The notes beneath the pieces are model-generated. The model did not search any database and was not told the origin of the DNA. It saw only the letters and a program-made list of their open reading frames with translations. 64,000 nucleotides of DNA, from assembly GCA_018668695.1 (NCBI GenBank), contig JABJBS010000308.1, positions 1,430 to 65,429 on the forward strand, given 5' to 3'. The DNA is from Deltaproteobacteria bacterium (lineage in GTDB: Bacteria > Myxococcota > XYA12-FULL-58-9 > JABJBS01). Shown piece after piece: positions 27,526 through 39,156 of this stretch (within the stretch, counting starts at the first letter, position 1; every line of letters begins with the position of its first letter). The position numbers were made by a program, and so were the translations under genes.

Positions 27526-29427
27526 ATGACAACGACTCAGCGAAAGAACTCGACCTCATCAGATGATTTCAATCTCGACTCCGTAATGGGAGATTCGTTT
27601 GGTGACTTTTCAGACCTTTTGCAACCGACTCGTAAGGTCACTCGGAAAAAGGTTGAGAAACCTGCTCCGATTGAAGCCAAGCTGCCAATCCAGCTAGGCG
27701 GTCGTCTGCCGTCCGATATCGAAGAACCAACCATCCCGGAACTGCGTCGCTTAATTAAGAAGTATGCCTCACGTGGAACCGTTGATCTTGATGATATCGT
27801 TGACATTCTCGTCAAAAACGAAGCGCTCGAGACTCAATTAGAACAAACTCTCGATTATTGCGAAGCACTTCAAATCGAAGTGATCCAGCGAAGCGCAGCC
27901 GATGCTAAAGGACCTAAAAAGGTACCGATGAAGCGCTCCGAACGTGAGCTCTCCACCGACCCTGTCCGTATGTATCTGCGTAAAATGGGCTCAGCTCCAC
28001 TCCTCGACCGCGAAGGCGAAGTAGAAATCGCGAAGCGGATTGAGTCGGGACAAAAGGAAATGCTGGCCATCGTCAGTGGTTCACCGATTGCCCTTCAAAC
28101 CATCCTTGAACTTGGTGACAAGCTTCGAGAAGGAATGCTGCAACTCACTGATATCCTTGAAGACTTTGAAGGTCATATCGGAGAAGACAGCGAAGAAGAT
28201 ATCGAACGTGTTCTCAAGCACATCGACAACCTCGGAACTTTGCATGACAAGGTAGAGAAGCTCGATGTGAAGCTTGCCGGTGGCGACGCCACACCACGGA
28301 CCATTAAGAAGTGGGAAGAGAACATCGTTGAGATTCGTGCGGAAATCCAAAACGAACTCGCAGGCCTTCGTCTCAACAAGCGTAATATCGAACGCATCAT
28401 GGCCATCTTGAAGTCCATGATCAATCAAGCTGATAAGGCTAAAAAAGAGCTTCTTTACGAAGCGGCTCGGGCCCACATCAATGGTGAAGAATTACTCATC
28501 ACCATTGGTGAGTATGAAGGCACCCCGGCTGAAGACAAGAAGCTCACTGAGAAATTTGATCTTGGTACCGAAGAGCTTCGGTCGCTTCTGACCATCGCCA
28601 AAAGCTGCAGCCGAAAGCTTAACCGCATTGAAGAGCAAGCTCAGGTTCCTCTCCACGTTTTGCGTGAAACTCACGATCAGTTACTTCGTGCAGAGTGGCG
28701 TACTGAGTTGGCCAAGAAAGAGCTTGTAGAAGCCAACCTTCGACTCGTTGTTTCGATCGCAAAGAAATACACCAATCGCGGCCTACTTTTCTTGGACCTT
28801 ATCCAGGAAGGTAACATTGGCTTGATGAAGGGTGTTGAGAAATTCGAATACCAGCGCGGATACAAGTTCTCCACGTATGCAACATGGTGGATTCGTCAAG
28901 CTATTACACGCGCCATTGCGGATCAGGCACGGACCATTCGTATCCCGGTTCACATGATCGAAAGCATCAATAAGGTTGTTCGTACGAGCCGCTACTTACT
29001 TCAAGAAATGGGTCGCGAGCCCGATCCTGAAGAAATTGCAGCGAAGATGGACCTACCACTGGAAAAAGTTCAGAAGGTACTCAAAATCACCAAAGAGCCT
29101 GTTTCACTCGATGCACCTATCGGTGAAGACGAAGACTCATCAATGGGTGACCTGATTGAGAACCGTCATGCGGCCAATCCAGCTGACCTTACGGTAAACA
29201 ACGAGCTTTCCGATCAAGTTCGGGCGGCACTTTCCACGCTCACCCCGCGAGAAGAGAAGATTCTTCGTATGCGTTTTGGTGTAGGTGAAAAGAGTGACCA
29301 CACACTCGAGGAAGTTGGACAAGACTTCAACGTTACGCGTGAGCGTATCCGACAAATTGAGGCTAAAGCACTCCGAAAGTTGCGTCATCCGTCTCGAGCG
29401 AAAACTCTGTCTGCTTTCGTAGATTAG
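27526..29427 (+). CDS. rpoD: RNA polymerase primary sigma factor (sigma-70)
   Basis: Start at ATG 27526, preceded by GGAG (27517-27520). [11 protein letters not shown] marks region 1.2. [52 protein letters not shown] marks region 2. [32 protein letters not shown] marks region 4.2. Confidence 0.95.
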   Translation: MTTTQRKNSTSSDDFNLDSVMGDSFGDFSDLLQPTRKVTRKKVEKPAPIEAKLPIQLGGRLPSDIEEPTIPELRRLIKKYASRGTVDLDDIVDILVKNEALETQLEQTLDYCEALQIEVIQRSAADAKGPKKVPMKRSERELSTDPVRMYLRKMGSAPLLDREGEVEIAKRIESGQKEMLAIVSGSPIALQTILELGDKLREGMLQLTDILEDFEGHIGEDSEEDIERVLKHIDNLGTLHDKVEKLDVKLAGGDATPRTIKKWEENIVEIRAEIQNELAGLRLNKRNIERIMAILKSMINQADKAKKELLYEAARAHINGEELLITIGEYEGTPAEDKKLTEKFDLGTEELRSLLTIAKSCSRKLNRIEEQAQVPLHVLRETHDQLLRAEWRTELAKKELVEANLRLVVSIAKKYTNRGLLFLDLIQEGNIGLMKGVEKFEYQRGYKFSTYATWWIRQAITRAIADQARTIRIPVHMIESINKVVRTSRYLLQEMGREPDPEEIAAKMDLPLEKVQKVLKITKEPVSLDAPIGEDEDSSMGDLIENRHAANPADLTVNNELSDQVRAALSTLTPREEKILRMRFGVGEKSDHTLEEVGQDFNVTRERIRQIEAKALRKLRHPSRAKTLSAFVD

Positions 29428-29614
29428 ACCATTTCCTTGAGCATGTGCTCAGTCGATCGAAGCCTCGGGCATTGCCCGAGCACCGAGGGCCACGTCATGG
29501 CCCCTCACCTCATCATTTCCTAAGCTTTCCAGTAGTATTGCAGTGATCACGGGTAGCGGTTATCGTTTCTCTGCGTCATCTAGCGGTCGTCAGACCTGAA
29601 TATTCGGAGCATCT

Positions 29615-31258
29615 ATGAACCGGCCTGAAGATCCGAGCGAGTCGGCACCCAAACAGCCTATGAAAATTCTCGTAGCCGATGACTCCAGAACCGAGCGACT
29701 GATCTTAAGCGCTCAGTTACGCAAATGGGGATATGACTTCGTGCTCGCCAGCTCTGGCGAAGAAGCTCTCAAACATATGCTCATGCCTGGGCACCCAAGG
29801 TTAGCAATCCTCGATTGGGTCATGCCCGGACTAACAGGGCCTGAAGTGGTGAAGTTCATCCGTAAGAAGATGAAGAACGATTACGTCTACTGCATTCTCG
29901 TCACATCACTCGGTAGTAAAGAAGATATTGTTGAGGGACTTCAGTCGGGAGCTGATGACTACATTACCAAACCGGTTCATGGCGGCGAGCTTCGAGTAAG
30001 ACTCCGTGCAGCCGAGAGACTTCTCAAAGCCTGGGAGGCCATCGCCCGCTCTGAGGCACAAACCCGCGCCATTCTTGATTCAGCAGGTGATGCAGTGCTC
30101 GTCGTCGACCGTACCGGTGGCATCGGCTATGCAAACCCGCGCTCAAGCTTACTCTTGGGCAAACCTGAGCAAGAACTTATCGGAGCTAGCCTCTATGACT
30201 TTTTGCCAACGAACGAAGAGAAAACTTCCGTTACCAACATGTTGCGTAACCTTGAAGCACAGCCAGGGCCCATTGCCCGGTCCCAAAGGATTCAGCTCAA
30301 CATCAAACGCGCCATGCGGGAGACTGCAACCGTAAGCTTGGCGGCAAACTTTCGTCACAGCCAGCCGGACGCCATCAGTATTTTTATGACCGATGTCTCT
30401 GAGCAAAAGCGACTCGAAATCGAACTCCAGCACGCTCGCAAGCTTGAGGCCGTTGGACAACTCGCAGCGGGCATCGCCCACGAAATCAATACGCCAGTGC
30501 AGTTTGTAGGTGACAGCATCACCTACCTCGAGCAATCCTTCCAAGACTTCAACAATCTTCTTGGAACCTATGACTCCATTGTTGGGTCACTGCCTGCGGG
30601 CACTCTATCTGAAGAGCAAGAAGACGACCTCGAAGATGCCAAAGAAGATGCCGATCTTGAGTACCAGCAGGAGCAAATGCCAAAGGCCTTCAGCCGAACT
30701 CAAGAAGGTCTGGCGCGTGTGGCGCGAATCGTCCGGGCCATGAAAGAATTCTCGAGAAAAGATGCAACACTCGGTGTTGAGCCTGCAGACTTAAACCGCG
30801 CTCTTGAGAGTACATTGGTCGTCGCCCAAAACGAATATCGCTATGTTGCAGATGTCGAACGCCAATTTAACGAGCTCCCTCAGGTGCAATGTAACCTCGG
30901 CGACCTCAACCAGGTATTTTTAAATTTACTGGTCAACGCCAGCCATGCCATCACCGATGCGAACGAAGGCACCGGCAAACGTGGGATCATTCGAATCACC
31001 ACTCACAAACTCGGTGAAGATTGGGTACGGATTGATATCGCTGATTCTGGAACAGGGATTCCCGAAGAAGTTCGCGACCGAATCTTTGAACCCTTCTACA
31101 CCACCAAGGAAGTTGGCAAGGGTACTGGACAAGGCCTTGCGATTGCACACTCCATTGTTGTGGATAAGCATCAAGGCAAGTTGGATTTCAAAACGCAAAC
31201 AGGTGTTGGAACAACTTTTTCAGTGCACTTACCTGTGCGTGGTCCCGCCGAGCACTAA
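29615..31258 (+). CDS. Receiver-PAS-histidine kinase hybrid sensor
   Basis: The REC reads ILVADDSRTERL...AILDWVMPGLTG...YITKP. The PAS-like part reads ILDSAGDAVLVVDRTGGIGYANP. The H-box is AAGIAHEINTPVQFV. The HATPase part reads LLVNASHAI, DSGTGIPEEV and GTGQGLAI. Confidence 0.85.
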   Translation: MNRPEDPSESAPKQPMKILVADDSRTERLILSAQLRKWGYDFVLASSGEEALKHMLMPGHPRLAILDWVMPGLTGPEVVKFIRKKMKNDYVYCILVTSLGSKEDIVEGLQSGADDYITKPVHGGELRVRLRAAERLLKAWEAIARSEAQTRAILDSAGDAVLVVDRTGGIGYANPRSSLLLGKPEQELIGASLYDFLPTNEEKTSVTNMLRNLEAQPGPIARSQRIQLNIKRAMRETATVSLAANFRHSQPDAISIFMTDVSEQKRLEIELQHARKLEAVGQLAAGIAHEINTPVQFVGDSITYLEQSFQDFNNLLGTYDSIVGSLPAGTLSEEQEDDLEDAKEDADLEYQQEQMPKAFSRTQEGLARVARIVRAMKEFSRKDATLGVEPADLNRALESTLVVAQNEYRYVADVERQFNELPQVQCNLGDLNQVFLNLLVNASHAITDANEGTGKRGIIRITTHKLGEDWVRIDIADSGTGIPEEVRDRIFEPFYTTKEVGKGTGQGLAIAHSIVVDKHQGKLDFKTQTGVGTTFSVHLPVRGPAEH

Positions 31259-31268
31259 ATTTCCGGTC

Positions 31269-33656
31269 TTACGCATCCAACGTTACAATGGTGGCACCTT
31301 CGCCGCCCTCATGTCGGTCACCATAACGGAAATCCCTCACGTAAGGTGAAGCGTTCAATACATCATGAACAGCTTTTCTTACCGCACCGCTGCCATGACC
31401 ATGAACAATCGTAATCTGTGGAGGCCCTTTGTAATAAGCCTGATCCAATAAGGCTACCACGGCTGCTTCTACTTCATCGGCGCGGACTCCTCGTAGGTCG
31501 AGACGACGCTGGGCTTCCTCATCACTCGACGGCAATCTCTCGGCCTTATCTTTACGGCGCTCTTTCGCTTTTTGCGACTTGCCCCCTTGTACGCCGACGA
31601 GTTCGTCTTTGGATACTCGCATTTTCATCGGTCCCACCGCAACTTGGATTGTCTCTCCATCTATGGCAACGATTTCAGCATCTTTATTAAATCGAGGCAC
31701 ATGAACTTTGGCCCCAACTTTAATCTCAAATTTTTTCCGAGGACTCGGAGTATTACTCTCAGCTTTCTTGGCTCGAAGCTTCTCTCGCTCCTTCTTAAGG
31801 GCCTCTTGGTGCGCTTTAACCTGCTTTTGAGCTTTTTGCGTTGCTTGAATAGACGGCTGATTCTGCAACTCAGCAATCATTTCCTTTAGCTGCTGCTGAG
31901 TTTGAGTAAGCTCGGCGGCCATTTCTTCACGAACAATTTCTTCAGCATTTAAACGAGCGCGCTCAAGCTCTTGTTTCTCAAGCTTTGCCTCTTCGAGTTC
32001 ACGCACCAACGAAGCTTTCTCCGCTTCGGCTTCAACTTGAAGTTTTTCCAGTAAGAGTTCGCGTTCAGCGAGCTTTTGAAGAGCGATGGTTAAAGCCCCG
32101 CTTCCCTCCAAGCACTCCCGAGCACGCTCGACAATGGTGGTCTCCATCCCAACTTGAGACGCGACTTCCAAAGCATTCGACATCCCTGCCACATCGAGTT
32201 CTAACTGATAGGTTGGAAGCATGGAATGACCATCAAAGCCAACCCGCGCGTTGATATAGGAATCGTTCGTGATGCCGAGGGCTTTCACCGCTTCAAGGTG
32301 CGTGGTCAACATGACGGTAGCACCCTTCTCTACCAGACGCTCTAGGACAGCTTGTGCCAATGCTGCTCCCTCGGTTGGATCTGTTCCCGAAGCAATTTCA
32401 TCAACCAAGAGTAAAACACCTCTATCTGCCACTTCATTCATTTCGGCCAAACACTTTAAGTGTGATGAAAATGTGGACAGGTCTTCTTCAAGGTTTTGAT
32501 GGTCTCCAATGAGAGACAAAATCGCATTGGGTAATGGCAGCGACGAACCCGTTGCTACAGGAACGGGCAAGCCAGCTCGCAGCATCAAAACAGTTAGACC
32601 CACCGCAGTGATCGTGACAGTCTTGCCACCAGCATTCGGGCCAGAAACGACCAGTACTTGCTGCTCTGGTGAAATAATCACATCGTTGGGAACAACTGTT
32701 TTATTTTGAAGAACCAGCAGTGGGTGGCGTAGAGCGGAGAGCTTCCAGTTTGCGTCCGTTGCAAGGCTCGGCACCGTGGCATCCATGCGATTGGCAAGCT
32801 TCGCTCCAGCTTGAGCCGTATCAACCTCAGCTAAGAGATCCATCGCCGATTCAAGCTCCTGAGCAACCTCACCAATATCGTGCGAAAACTCGGCCAGAAT
32901 CCGCCGCTCTTCTTCCTCAACCAAGGACTGGGCGATGGTCAACTCATTCCCCAAACCGACCAAAGCTTGAGGCTCAACAAAAACAGTCTCGCCCGAATTC
33001 GAAGCATTATGAATGATACCCGGCACACGGCCTCGGTGGCTTGCTTTTACCGGAAGGACGTAGCGCTCACCGCGAACGGAGAAAAATCCATCCTGTAGGT
33101 TCTCAGAGAAATCATCGTCTTTAAGGTACGTCTCAATTTGGGTCCGCATCCGCCGATGCAATCCACGGAGCCGTTCTCTAAAGCCCTCTAAAGCGTAACT
33201 CGCGTCGTCTCGTAATGTACCGTCAGCTTCAAATGCACCTTCTATGCTCGATGCCAACGCACCATGCACCGGCAACTGACCACCGAGCGCCACGAGACGG
33301 GGTACCATGGCTGCATGTTCAAGCAAAAATGCACGGGCGTCACACGCCACACGCATAACCACTCCGCATTGCATCACCTCTAAACCATCCAGGACAGAGG
33401 ACTTGCTGGCGCGGGCAATCAAATCTTTAATTTCGGAGGTACCACCCAACGGGATTTCAAGTTCCTCACGAAAAAGCGCTCTGGCTTCCTCCACACGGTG
33501 CAGGGCCGCCAACATCGGCTGATGTTTACCGAAAAACGTGGGGGTTTGAGTCATTGCACGTCCCCGAGGCGTCAATGCCGCCTCAGACCAAGCGCTCGCA
33601 ACCTGAGCAAAACCCAGCTCTTCTAATACCCGCTTATCAACGTTCCATACACTCAT
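31269..33656 (-). CDS. mutS2: Endonuclease MutS2 (MutS family ATPase with C-terminal Smr domain)
   Basis: Walker A is GPNAGGKTV, followed by LLLVDEIASGTDPTEGAAL. A long coiled coil precedes the Smr domain LDLRGVRADEVEAAV...ITIVHGHGSGAVRKAV. Confidence 0.9.
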   Translation of the reverse strand: MSVWNVDKRVLEELGFAQVASAWSEAALTPRGRAMTQTPTFFGKHQPMLAALHRVEEARALFREELEIPLGGTSEIKDLIARASKSSVLDGLEVMQCGVVMRVACDARAFLLEHAAMVPRLVALGGQLPVHGALASSIEGAFEADGTLRDDASYALEGFRERLRGLHRRMRTQIETYLKDDDFSENLQDGFFSVRGERYVLPVKASHRGRVPGIIHNASNSGETVFVEPQALVGLGNELTIAQSLVEEEERRILAEFSHDIGEVAQELESAMDLLAEVDTAQAGAKLANRMDATVPSLATDANWKLSALRHPLLVLQNKTVVPNDVIISPEQQVLVVSGPNAGGKTVTITAVGLTVLMLRAGLPVPVATGSSLPLPNAILSLIGDHQNLEEDLSTFSSHLKCLAEMNEVADRGVLLLVDEIASGTDPTEGAALAQAVLERLVEKGATVMLTTHLEAVKALGITNDSYINARVGFDGHSMLPTYQLELDVAGMSNALEVASQVGMETTIVERARECLEGSGALTIALQKLAERELLLEKLQVEAEAEKASLVRELEEAKLEKQELERARLNAEEIVREEMAAELTQTQQQLKEMIAELQNQPSIQATQKAQKQVKAHQEALKKEREKLRAKKAESNTPSPRKKFEIKVGAKVHVPRFNKDAEIVAIDGETIQVAVGPMKMRVSKDELVGVQGGKSQKAKERRKDKAERLPSSDEEAQRRLDLRGVRADEVEAAVVALLDQAYYKGPPQITIVHGHGSGAVRKAVHDVLNASPYVRDFRYGDRHEGGEGATIVTLDA

Positions 33657-33866
33657 GTCATTCCTCTACAGCTCGGCCGTTTGCACCGCGCTTTTATGGG
33701 GCCTGCTGCAATTTCTCAAGCCACTGGCATCGACTTGCTCGAAGGTGTAGGTCTGCTATGAGGTTTTATAAGTGATTCGAGACCGGTGCGAGCACCGTCA
33801 CCGTCTCCCAACAAGTCGTTCCGTGGTGCTCAGAACCAGTCTGAGACCATAAGAAAGAGTCTGCGT

Positions 33867-35129
33867 ATGTCCGAAACCACGCGCCAACATTCATCATTTC
33901 GCCCCGTTCCACGAACTGGCGTCATTTATGTAACTACTGAAGCTCGTAAGCGAGGCTTTGTCGCCGATCATCCAGATTGGTGTAATCTTGGCCAAGGCCA
34001 GCCCGAAGCCGGGCAACTCCCCGGCGCTCCTGACCGAGTCGGCGCGATTACCATCGATTTAGACGATCACGAATATGCACCCGTTGCGGGCTTGCCAGAG
34101 GTACGAGAAGCTGTCGCGCACCTCTACAATACCCTTTATCGTAAAGGTAAAAAATCGAAGTACACAGCAGCCAATGTGGCTGTTTGCGGCGGTGGTCGCC
34201 TCGCCCTAACGCGTGTTGTTGCCTCACTGGGCCAAATCAACTTGGGACACTTTCTCCCGGATTACACAGCCTACGAAGAGCTTCTGGATATCTTTCGAAG
34301 CTTTACCTCCATTCCGATTCTCCTAGATCCTGAGCAAGGCTATAAATTCTCGGTCGACGCGCTACGGCGGGAAGTCTTGGGCCGCGGCCTTGGAGGCCTT
34401 TTGGTATCCAACCCCTGTAATCCCACGGGTAAGCTTCTCCATGGAGAAGAGCTCAAGGGCTGGGTCGATACGTCACGTGAGCTAGACTGCACGATGCTCT
34501 TCGATGAGTTCTACAGCAACTACATCTGGACCGATGAGAACAAACCTAACACGGTCAGCGCGGCTGAATATGTCGACGACGTGAATGAAGATCCCGTTGT
34601 CATTCTCAACGGCCTAACCAAGAATTTTCGCTATCCTGGTTGGCGAGTTGGATGGGTTGTTGGCCCGGAAAGTGTGATCAGCGCCGTATCCAGCGCCGGT
34701 AGCTTTTTAGACGGCGGCGGCTCGAGGCCGCTCCAACGTGCAGCACTGCCACTGCTCGACCCAGCATTTGTACGGCAGGAAACACAGGCAATTTTTGATA
34801 GATTCGGAGCCAAACGAAAGTTTATGCTCGAAGGATTAGCCAAAAATGGGATTGTTCCAGACTGCGACCCACTGAGCACGTTCTACATCTGGGGAAATCT
34901 CAGCGGCCTAAAATCCGAGCTTGCAGACGGTATGAATTTCTTCAAACGAGGACTCGATGAAAAACTCATTGTTGTTCCCGGTGAATTCTTTGACGTCAAC
35001 CCCGGTAAGCGAAGACCTGGGCGAGCATCAAGGTTTCGCCAGCACGCTCGTTTTTCTTACGGCGCCCCAATTGAAGTTCTTGAAGAAGGCATCGACCGAA
35101 TCACTCGAATGGTTGGAGCTGGAGGCTAA
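33867..35129 (+). CDS. Class I/II pyridoxal-phosphate-dependent aminotransferase
   Basis: Start at ATG 33867, after a purine-rich box (aagaaagag). SNPCNPTG, FDEFY and the PLP-Lys context NGLTKNFRYPGWRVGW are present. Confidence 0.8.
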   Translation: MSETTRQHSSFRPVPRTGVIYVTTEARKRGFVADHPDWCNLGQGQPEAGQLPGAPDRVGAITIDLDDHEYAPVAGLPEVREAVAHLYNTLYRKGKKSKYTAANVAVCGGGRLALTRVVASLGQINLGHFLPDYTAYEELLDIFRSFTSIPILLDPEQGYKFSVDALRREVLGRGLGGLLVSNPCNPTGKLLHGEELKGWVDTSRELDCTMLFDEFYSNYIWTDENKPNTVSAAEYVDDVNEDPVVILNGLTKNFRYPGWRVGWVVGPESVISAVSSAGSFLDGGGSRPLQRAALPLLDPAFVRQETQAIFDRFGAKRKFMLEGLAKNGIVPDCDPLSTFYIWGNLSGLKSELADGMNFFKRGLDEKLIVVPGEFFDVNPGKRRPGRASRFRQHARFSYGAPIEVLEEGIDRITRMVGAGG

Positions 35130-35132
35130 CGG

Positions 35133-36080
35133 ATGCAGGGTATCAGCGTAGATAATCTGGGTCCTGATTACGCGCTTTTGCTCCAAGAACTCGATCCGCC
35201 CAAACCGGATTCAGAGCATGTCCTCGTCAATATTCAAACCACTGCCATTAACCGCGCCGACCTCCTTCAAGCCCAAGGCCACTATCCGCCTCCTCCTGGA
35301 GCATCTGCAATTTTAGGATTGGAGTGTGCGGGCACCCGGGCTGACAACGGTGAAAAAGTCATGTGCCTCTTGCCTGGCGGCGGCTATGCGAGCCAAGCCA
35401 TCGTTCATACTGGCTCACTTCTTCCGGTTCCGGAATCATATTCCATGGAAGAAGCAGGGGCGACGATGGAGACGGCTCTCACCGCATACTTGAATATTTT
35501 CATTTTGGGAAACGCTCAAAAAGGCAACAAGGTTCTCATTCATGGCGGCAGCAGCGGCGTGGGAACCATGGCCATTCAACTCTGCAAAGTTTCTGGCATT
35601 CAAACTGTTGTCACCGCGGGTAGCGACGAAAAATGTCGGCGCTGTGAAGCACTTGGTGCGAAGCAAGCCGTCAACTACAAGTCGAAAGACTTCGGAGAGA
35701 CACTCGAAGCAAACTCGTTTGATCTCATTCTTGATTGCGTTGGTGCTCCGTATCTAAAGTCGAATATCAAGCTCCTAAAACCTGACGGCCGTTTGGTCCT
35801 AATCGGTCTCATGGGCGGAGCAAAAACAGATATTCACCTTGGGCACCTTTTGGCCAAACGCATTCAGCTCATAGGCTCAACACTTCGAAGTTTGTCCACT
35901 CAACGTAAGCAAACGATTATCTCTGCCTTTCGAAAACAATTCGGGGAAGCGATGGACACGCGAGCCATTTGTCCGGTGATTCACCAAGTATTCCCACTGC
36001 AACAGGCCCAAGCGGCCCACGAACTCGTCAGAAGTAGTCAGCACATCGGGAAAGTTGTGCTCACACTTCTCACCAACTAA
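35133..36080 (+). CDS. NAD(P)H:quinone oxidoreductase (zinc-independent MDR, PIG3/Qor type)
   Basis: [27 protein letters not shown] and the Rossmann motif [15 protein letters not shown], ending in HIGKVVL. Confidence 0.8.
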   Translation: MQGISVDNLGPDYALLLQELDPPKPDSEHVLVNIQTTAINRADLLQAQGHYPPPPGASAILGLECAGTRADNGEKVMCLLPGGGYASQAIVHTGSLLPVPESYSMEEAGATMETALTAYLNIFILGNAQKGNKVLIHGGSSGVGTMAIQLCKVSGIQTVVTAGSDEKCRRCEALGAKQAVNYKSKDFGETLEANSFDLILDCVGAPYLKSNIKLLKPDGRLVLIGLMGGAKTDIHLGHLLAKRIQLIGSTLRSLSTQRKQTIISAFRKQFGEAMDTRAICPVIHQVFPLQQAQAAHELVRSSQHIGKVVLTLLTN

Positions 36081-36096
36081 TAATCTGGAGTTATTT

Positions 36097-37278
36097 ATGT
36101 CTTCCTTCGGTACAGCCACCACGAAAACCGCTACAAAAATTCTACTCTTAGGCTCCGGCGAGCTGGGTAAAGAAGTTGCCATCGAAGCTCAGCGCTTTGG
36201 AATCGAGGTGGTTGCTGTTGACCGCTATGCCAATGCGCCTGCTATGCAAATTGCTCACCGCAGCCATGTGATTCACATGCTTGATGGGGATGCCTTGCGA
36301 GCCATCGTCGAGCAGGAAAAGCCTACTTTTATTGTTCCTGAAATCGAGGCCATCGCCACCGACACGCTCGTGGAGCTTGAGAGCGAAGGCTACAATGTCA
36401 TTCCAACGGCGCGTGCTGCCAAACTTACGATGGACCGTGAAGGTATTCGGCGCTTTGCCGCAGAAGAACTCGGGCTCCAAACCTCACCTTATAAATTTGC
36501 TGGCTCCGAAGCCGAATATTGGGTGGCGTGCTCTGAGATTGGTTTCCCATGTATCATCAAACCCGTCATGAGTTCCTCAGGGCGCGGGCAAAGCACATTA
36601 CGAAAAGACTCCGACGTTCCTGTAGGCTGGAAAACGGCTCAGGAAGGTGGGCGCGGAGGTGCGGGTCGGGTGATTGTTGAAGGTTTTGTTGATTTCGATT
36701 ATGAGATTACGCTGCTCACCGTTCGCCACAAAGACGGAACAACATTTGTCGATCCTATTGGACACCGCCAAGTCGACGGCGATTATCATGAGTCTTGGCA
36801 GCCTCAACCCATGAGCGATGCCGCGTTAGCAGAAGCACAGCGGATGGCAAAAGCAGTGACCGATGGTCTGGGTGGTCATGGGCTCTTCGGAGTTGAACTT
36901 TTTGTTAAAGGCGACAATGTCTGGTTCAGCGAAGTTTCCCCTCGTCCGCACGATACCGGTATGGTCACGATGATAAGCCAAAACCTCTCGGAATTTGCAC
37001 TTCACGCTCGTGCCATATTAGGACTTCCAATTCCGAATCTGCGCCAATACGGACCAGCTGCCTCTGCCGTTATTCTCGGCGAAGGTGAATCCACAGGGCC
37101 ATCCTTTGAAGGCGTTGCGGATGCACTCTGCGCCCCAGATACAGCCGTTCGCTTGTTTGGTAAGCCCGAAGTCAATGGTGAACGTAGACTTGGCGTGGCT
37201 CTTGCCCTGGGTGAATCCCTAGAAGAGGCTCGTAAGAAGGCCACCGAAGCCGCGGCAAAAGTTCAAGTTAAGCTATAA
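36097..37278 (+). CDS. purT: Formate-dependent phosphoribosylglycinamide formyltransferase (GAR transformylase 2)
   Basis: Start at ATG 36097, after CTGGAG. The protein is collinear with E. coli PurT as I recall it: [90 protein letters not shown] and [10 protein letters not shown]. Confidence 0.95.
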   Translation: MSSFGTATTKTATKILLLGSGELGKEVAIEAQRFGIEVVAVDRYANAPAMQIAHRSHVIHMLDGDALRAIVEQEKPTFIVPEIEAIATDTLVELESEGYNVIPTARAAKLTMDREGIRRFAAEELGLQTSPYKFAGSEAEYWVACSEIGFPCIIKPVMSSSGRGQSTLRKDSDVPVGWKTAQEGGRGGAGRVIVEGFVDFDYEITLLTVRHKDGTTFVDPIGHRQVDGDYHESWQPQPMSDAALAEAQRMAKAVTDGLGGHGLFGVELFVKGDNVWFSEVSPRPHDTGMVTMISQNLSEFALHARAILGLPIPNLRQYGPAASAVILGEGESTGPSFEGVADALCAPDTAVRLFGKPEVNGERRLGVALALGESLEEARKKATEAAAKVQVKL

Positions 37279-37956
37279 AACCGAAGGCATGCTTTCTAGC
37301 TGAAGTGCCTGGCTCAGAGTCGAGACCAGCGCACTTCCCGCCTCATCCGCATTTTTCCCGAACGAGATAATACCGTCCTCATGCCCTCCCATGGCTAAGA
37401 CCTTACGGTCCGATAAGCTGGACTCTCGGTAAAGCCGTGAGACTTCGTAAGCCATATCCGGGGTGCCATAAGCAACTTCCGGACGCGAAGTAGGAAGCCG
37501 CAGTGCCCCAGCTTGTCTCCAAATCACAGGGATATGCCCGTGAAATACAAACCGTATGGAGGGGTTTAAATCGTAAATCGCACCATGGGTCATCGACTCT
37601 GATGAGGGCATCGTGTCGCCGTAACTCTGGACCCGGTTCAAACGCATATCGTAGGATTCCACCACGCAGTAATCACCGAGCCCAAGATGGGGCCTCGCTC
37701 CAGTCTGTGTTCCTGTGACGATAAACTTACGCTTACCCTTTGTGGCTGTATGTGGAGGAATTCGAGCACTCACATTTCCAAAACCCGCGCCATCATAACG
37801 GCCAGGATCTTGCCCAATGAAATTCAAGCGAAAGAAGATGTGACGCCACGCCTGCAGACTTGCCACCATCTCGGCAAACTGACGGCTGCCCAATGACCGT
37901 CTTTGATGCTCTGCACCAAATTTAATCACGCCATCTAAAGGCTCATGTGAAGTCAT
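37273..37956 (-). CDS. Class II aldolase/adducin-family protein (MtnB dehydratase-like or Ald2 aldolase-like)
   Basis: Start at ATG 37956 (MTSHEPLDG...). [18 protein letters not shown] and FHGH are class II aldolase-fold metal and substrate motifs. The start overlaps the mtnA 3' end by 14 nt. Confidence 0.7.
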   Translation of the reverse strand: MTSHEPLDGVIKFGAEHQRRSLGSRQFAEMVASLQAWRHIFFRLNFIGQDPGRYDGAGFGNVSARIPPHTATKGKRKFIVTGTQTGARPHLGLGDYCVVESYDMRLNRVQSYGDTMPSSESMTHGAIYDLNPSIRFVFHGHIPVIWRQAGALRLPTSRPEVAYGTPDMAYEVSRLYRESSLSDRKVLAMGGHEDGIISFGKNADEAGSALVSTLSQALQLESMPSVL

Positions 37957-39058
37957 GTTGTGCTTTTGTTTTCTCTTCCGGGTAGAGACCCAAAAGTCCT
38001 TCCTCGCTTGCCTCACAAATGCCCCGCTCTGTAATCAAGCCAGTCACCAGCCTTGCAGGAGTTACATCAAAGCCAAAATTGGCGGCATCACTTTCTTTAG
38101 GAGTTACCCTCACCCGGGTAATGTTCCCTTCTTTATCAATGCCTTGGATTTCATGAACCTCATTGGGATCGCGTTCCTCAATGGGAATTTTAAACCCATC
38201 ACGCATTCGCCAATCAATCGTGGTGTGAGGCAACGCCACATAAAATGGGACGTTGTTATCGAACGCAGCCAGTGCTTTTAAGTAAGTACCTATCTTATTG
38301 CACACATCACCCGTGGCAGTGGTACGGTCTGTACCGACGATACAAAAATCCACCATTCCGTGCTGCATGAGATGGCCGCCGACATTATCCACGATGACAG
38401 TATGTGGCACACCGTGTTGCCCCAACTCCCATGCTGTTAAATTAGCGCCCTGGTTGCGAGGACGGGTTTCATCCACCCAGACGTGAACCGAAATCCCAAG
38501 GTCATGAGCCATGTAAATCGGCGCAAGTGCCGTTCCCCAGTCAACGGTCGCCACCCAACCAGCATTGCAGTGTGTTAAGATGTTAATCGGCTTACCCGCA
38601 TCCTTACTTTCGACAATTTTTTTAATCACTTGTAAACCATTTCGGCCAATTGATTCGCATATCGCAACGTCTTGATCACAAATCTCGCCCGCCCGCTTGT
38701 AGGCAATAGCCACCCGCTCTTGCGGCTCGAGGGGCTTTAGGTGACCAAACACTTTATCCAGCGCCCATCTCAAATTCACCGCCGTTGGACGGGTTTTAAT
38801 AAGCCGCGCGTGTGCCTTTTCGAGCATCTGGTCCGATGGGTCTTGAAGCATCGCCAGGGCCATTCCGTATGCACCCGTGGCACCAATCAGGGGAGCTCCC
38901 CGCACCAACATCGACTCAATGGCAAGCGCGGCATCCTCAATGCTTTTTAAGTCCACAATTTCAAAAGCATGTGGGAGTAATTTCTGATTAATCACACGCA
39001 CTGTACGCTGGTCTTCGCCTAGCCAAATCGCACGGTAATGTTCGCCGTTAATTTTCAT
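37943..39058 (-). CDS. mtnA: S-methyl-5-thioribose-1-phosphate isomerase
   Basis: Start at ATG 39058 ([12 protein letters not shown]...) with GAGAGGGGA upstream. [33 protein letters not shown] and [19 protein letters not shown] are eIF-2B/MtnA family signatures. Confidence 0.9.
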   Translation of the reverse strand: MKINGEHYRAIWLGEDQRTVRVINQKLLPHAFEIVDLKSIEDAALAIESMLVRGAPLIGATGAYGMALAMLQDPSDQMLEKAHARLIKTRPTAVNLRWALDKVFGHLKPLEPQERVAIAYKRAGEICDQDVAICESIGRNGLQVIKKIVESKDAGKPINILTHCNAGWVATVDWGTALAPIYMAHDLGISVHVWVDETRPRNQGANLTAWELGQHGVPHTVIVDNVGGHLMQHGMVDFCIVGTDRTTATGDVCNKIGTYLKALAAFDNNVPFYVALPHTTIDWRMRDGFKIPIEERDPNEVHEIQGIDKEGNITRVRVTPKESDAANFGFDVTPARLVTGLITERGICEASEEGLLGLYPEEKTKAQHDFT

Positions 39059-39156
39059 GAAATTCCCCTCTCGATGGTTCCTTATAGATCTATAGAAAGT
39101 CTGGAGGCTTGGCAAAGTCCGGCGTCAATCGTATATGCTCCGGGCAGGAGAAAACC

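Noticed and set aside
27237-27559. 74-aa (+) and 70-aa (-) ORFs in the rpoD leader region
   Set aside because: They have Cys/Arg-rich odd composition and no RBS, and one overlaps the rpoD start. They are unlikely to be coding.
29464-29480. 7-bp hairpin ctcgggc-att-gcccgag (and a second imperfect one at ~29494-29516) downstream of rpoD
   Set aside because: No U-tract follows either hairpin. They may contribute to termination or RNA stability, but they do not meet intrinsic-terminator criteria.
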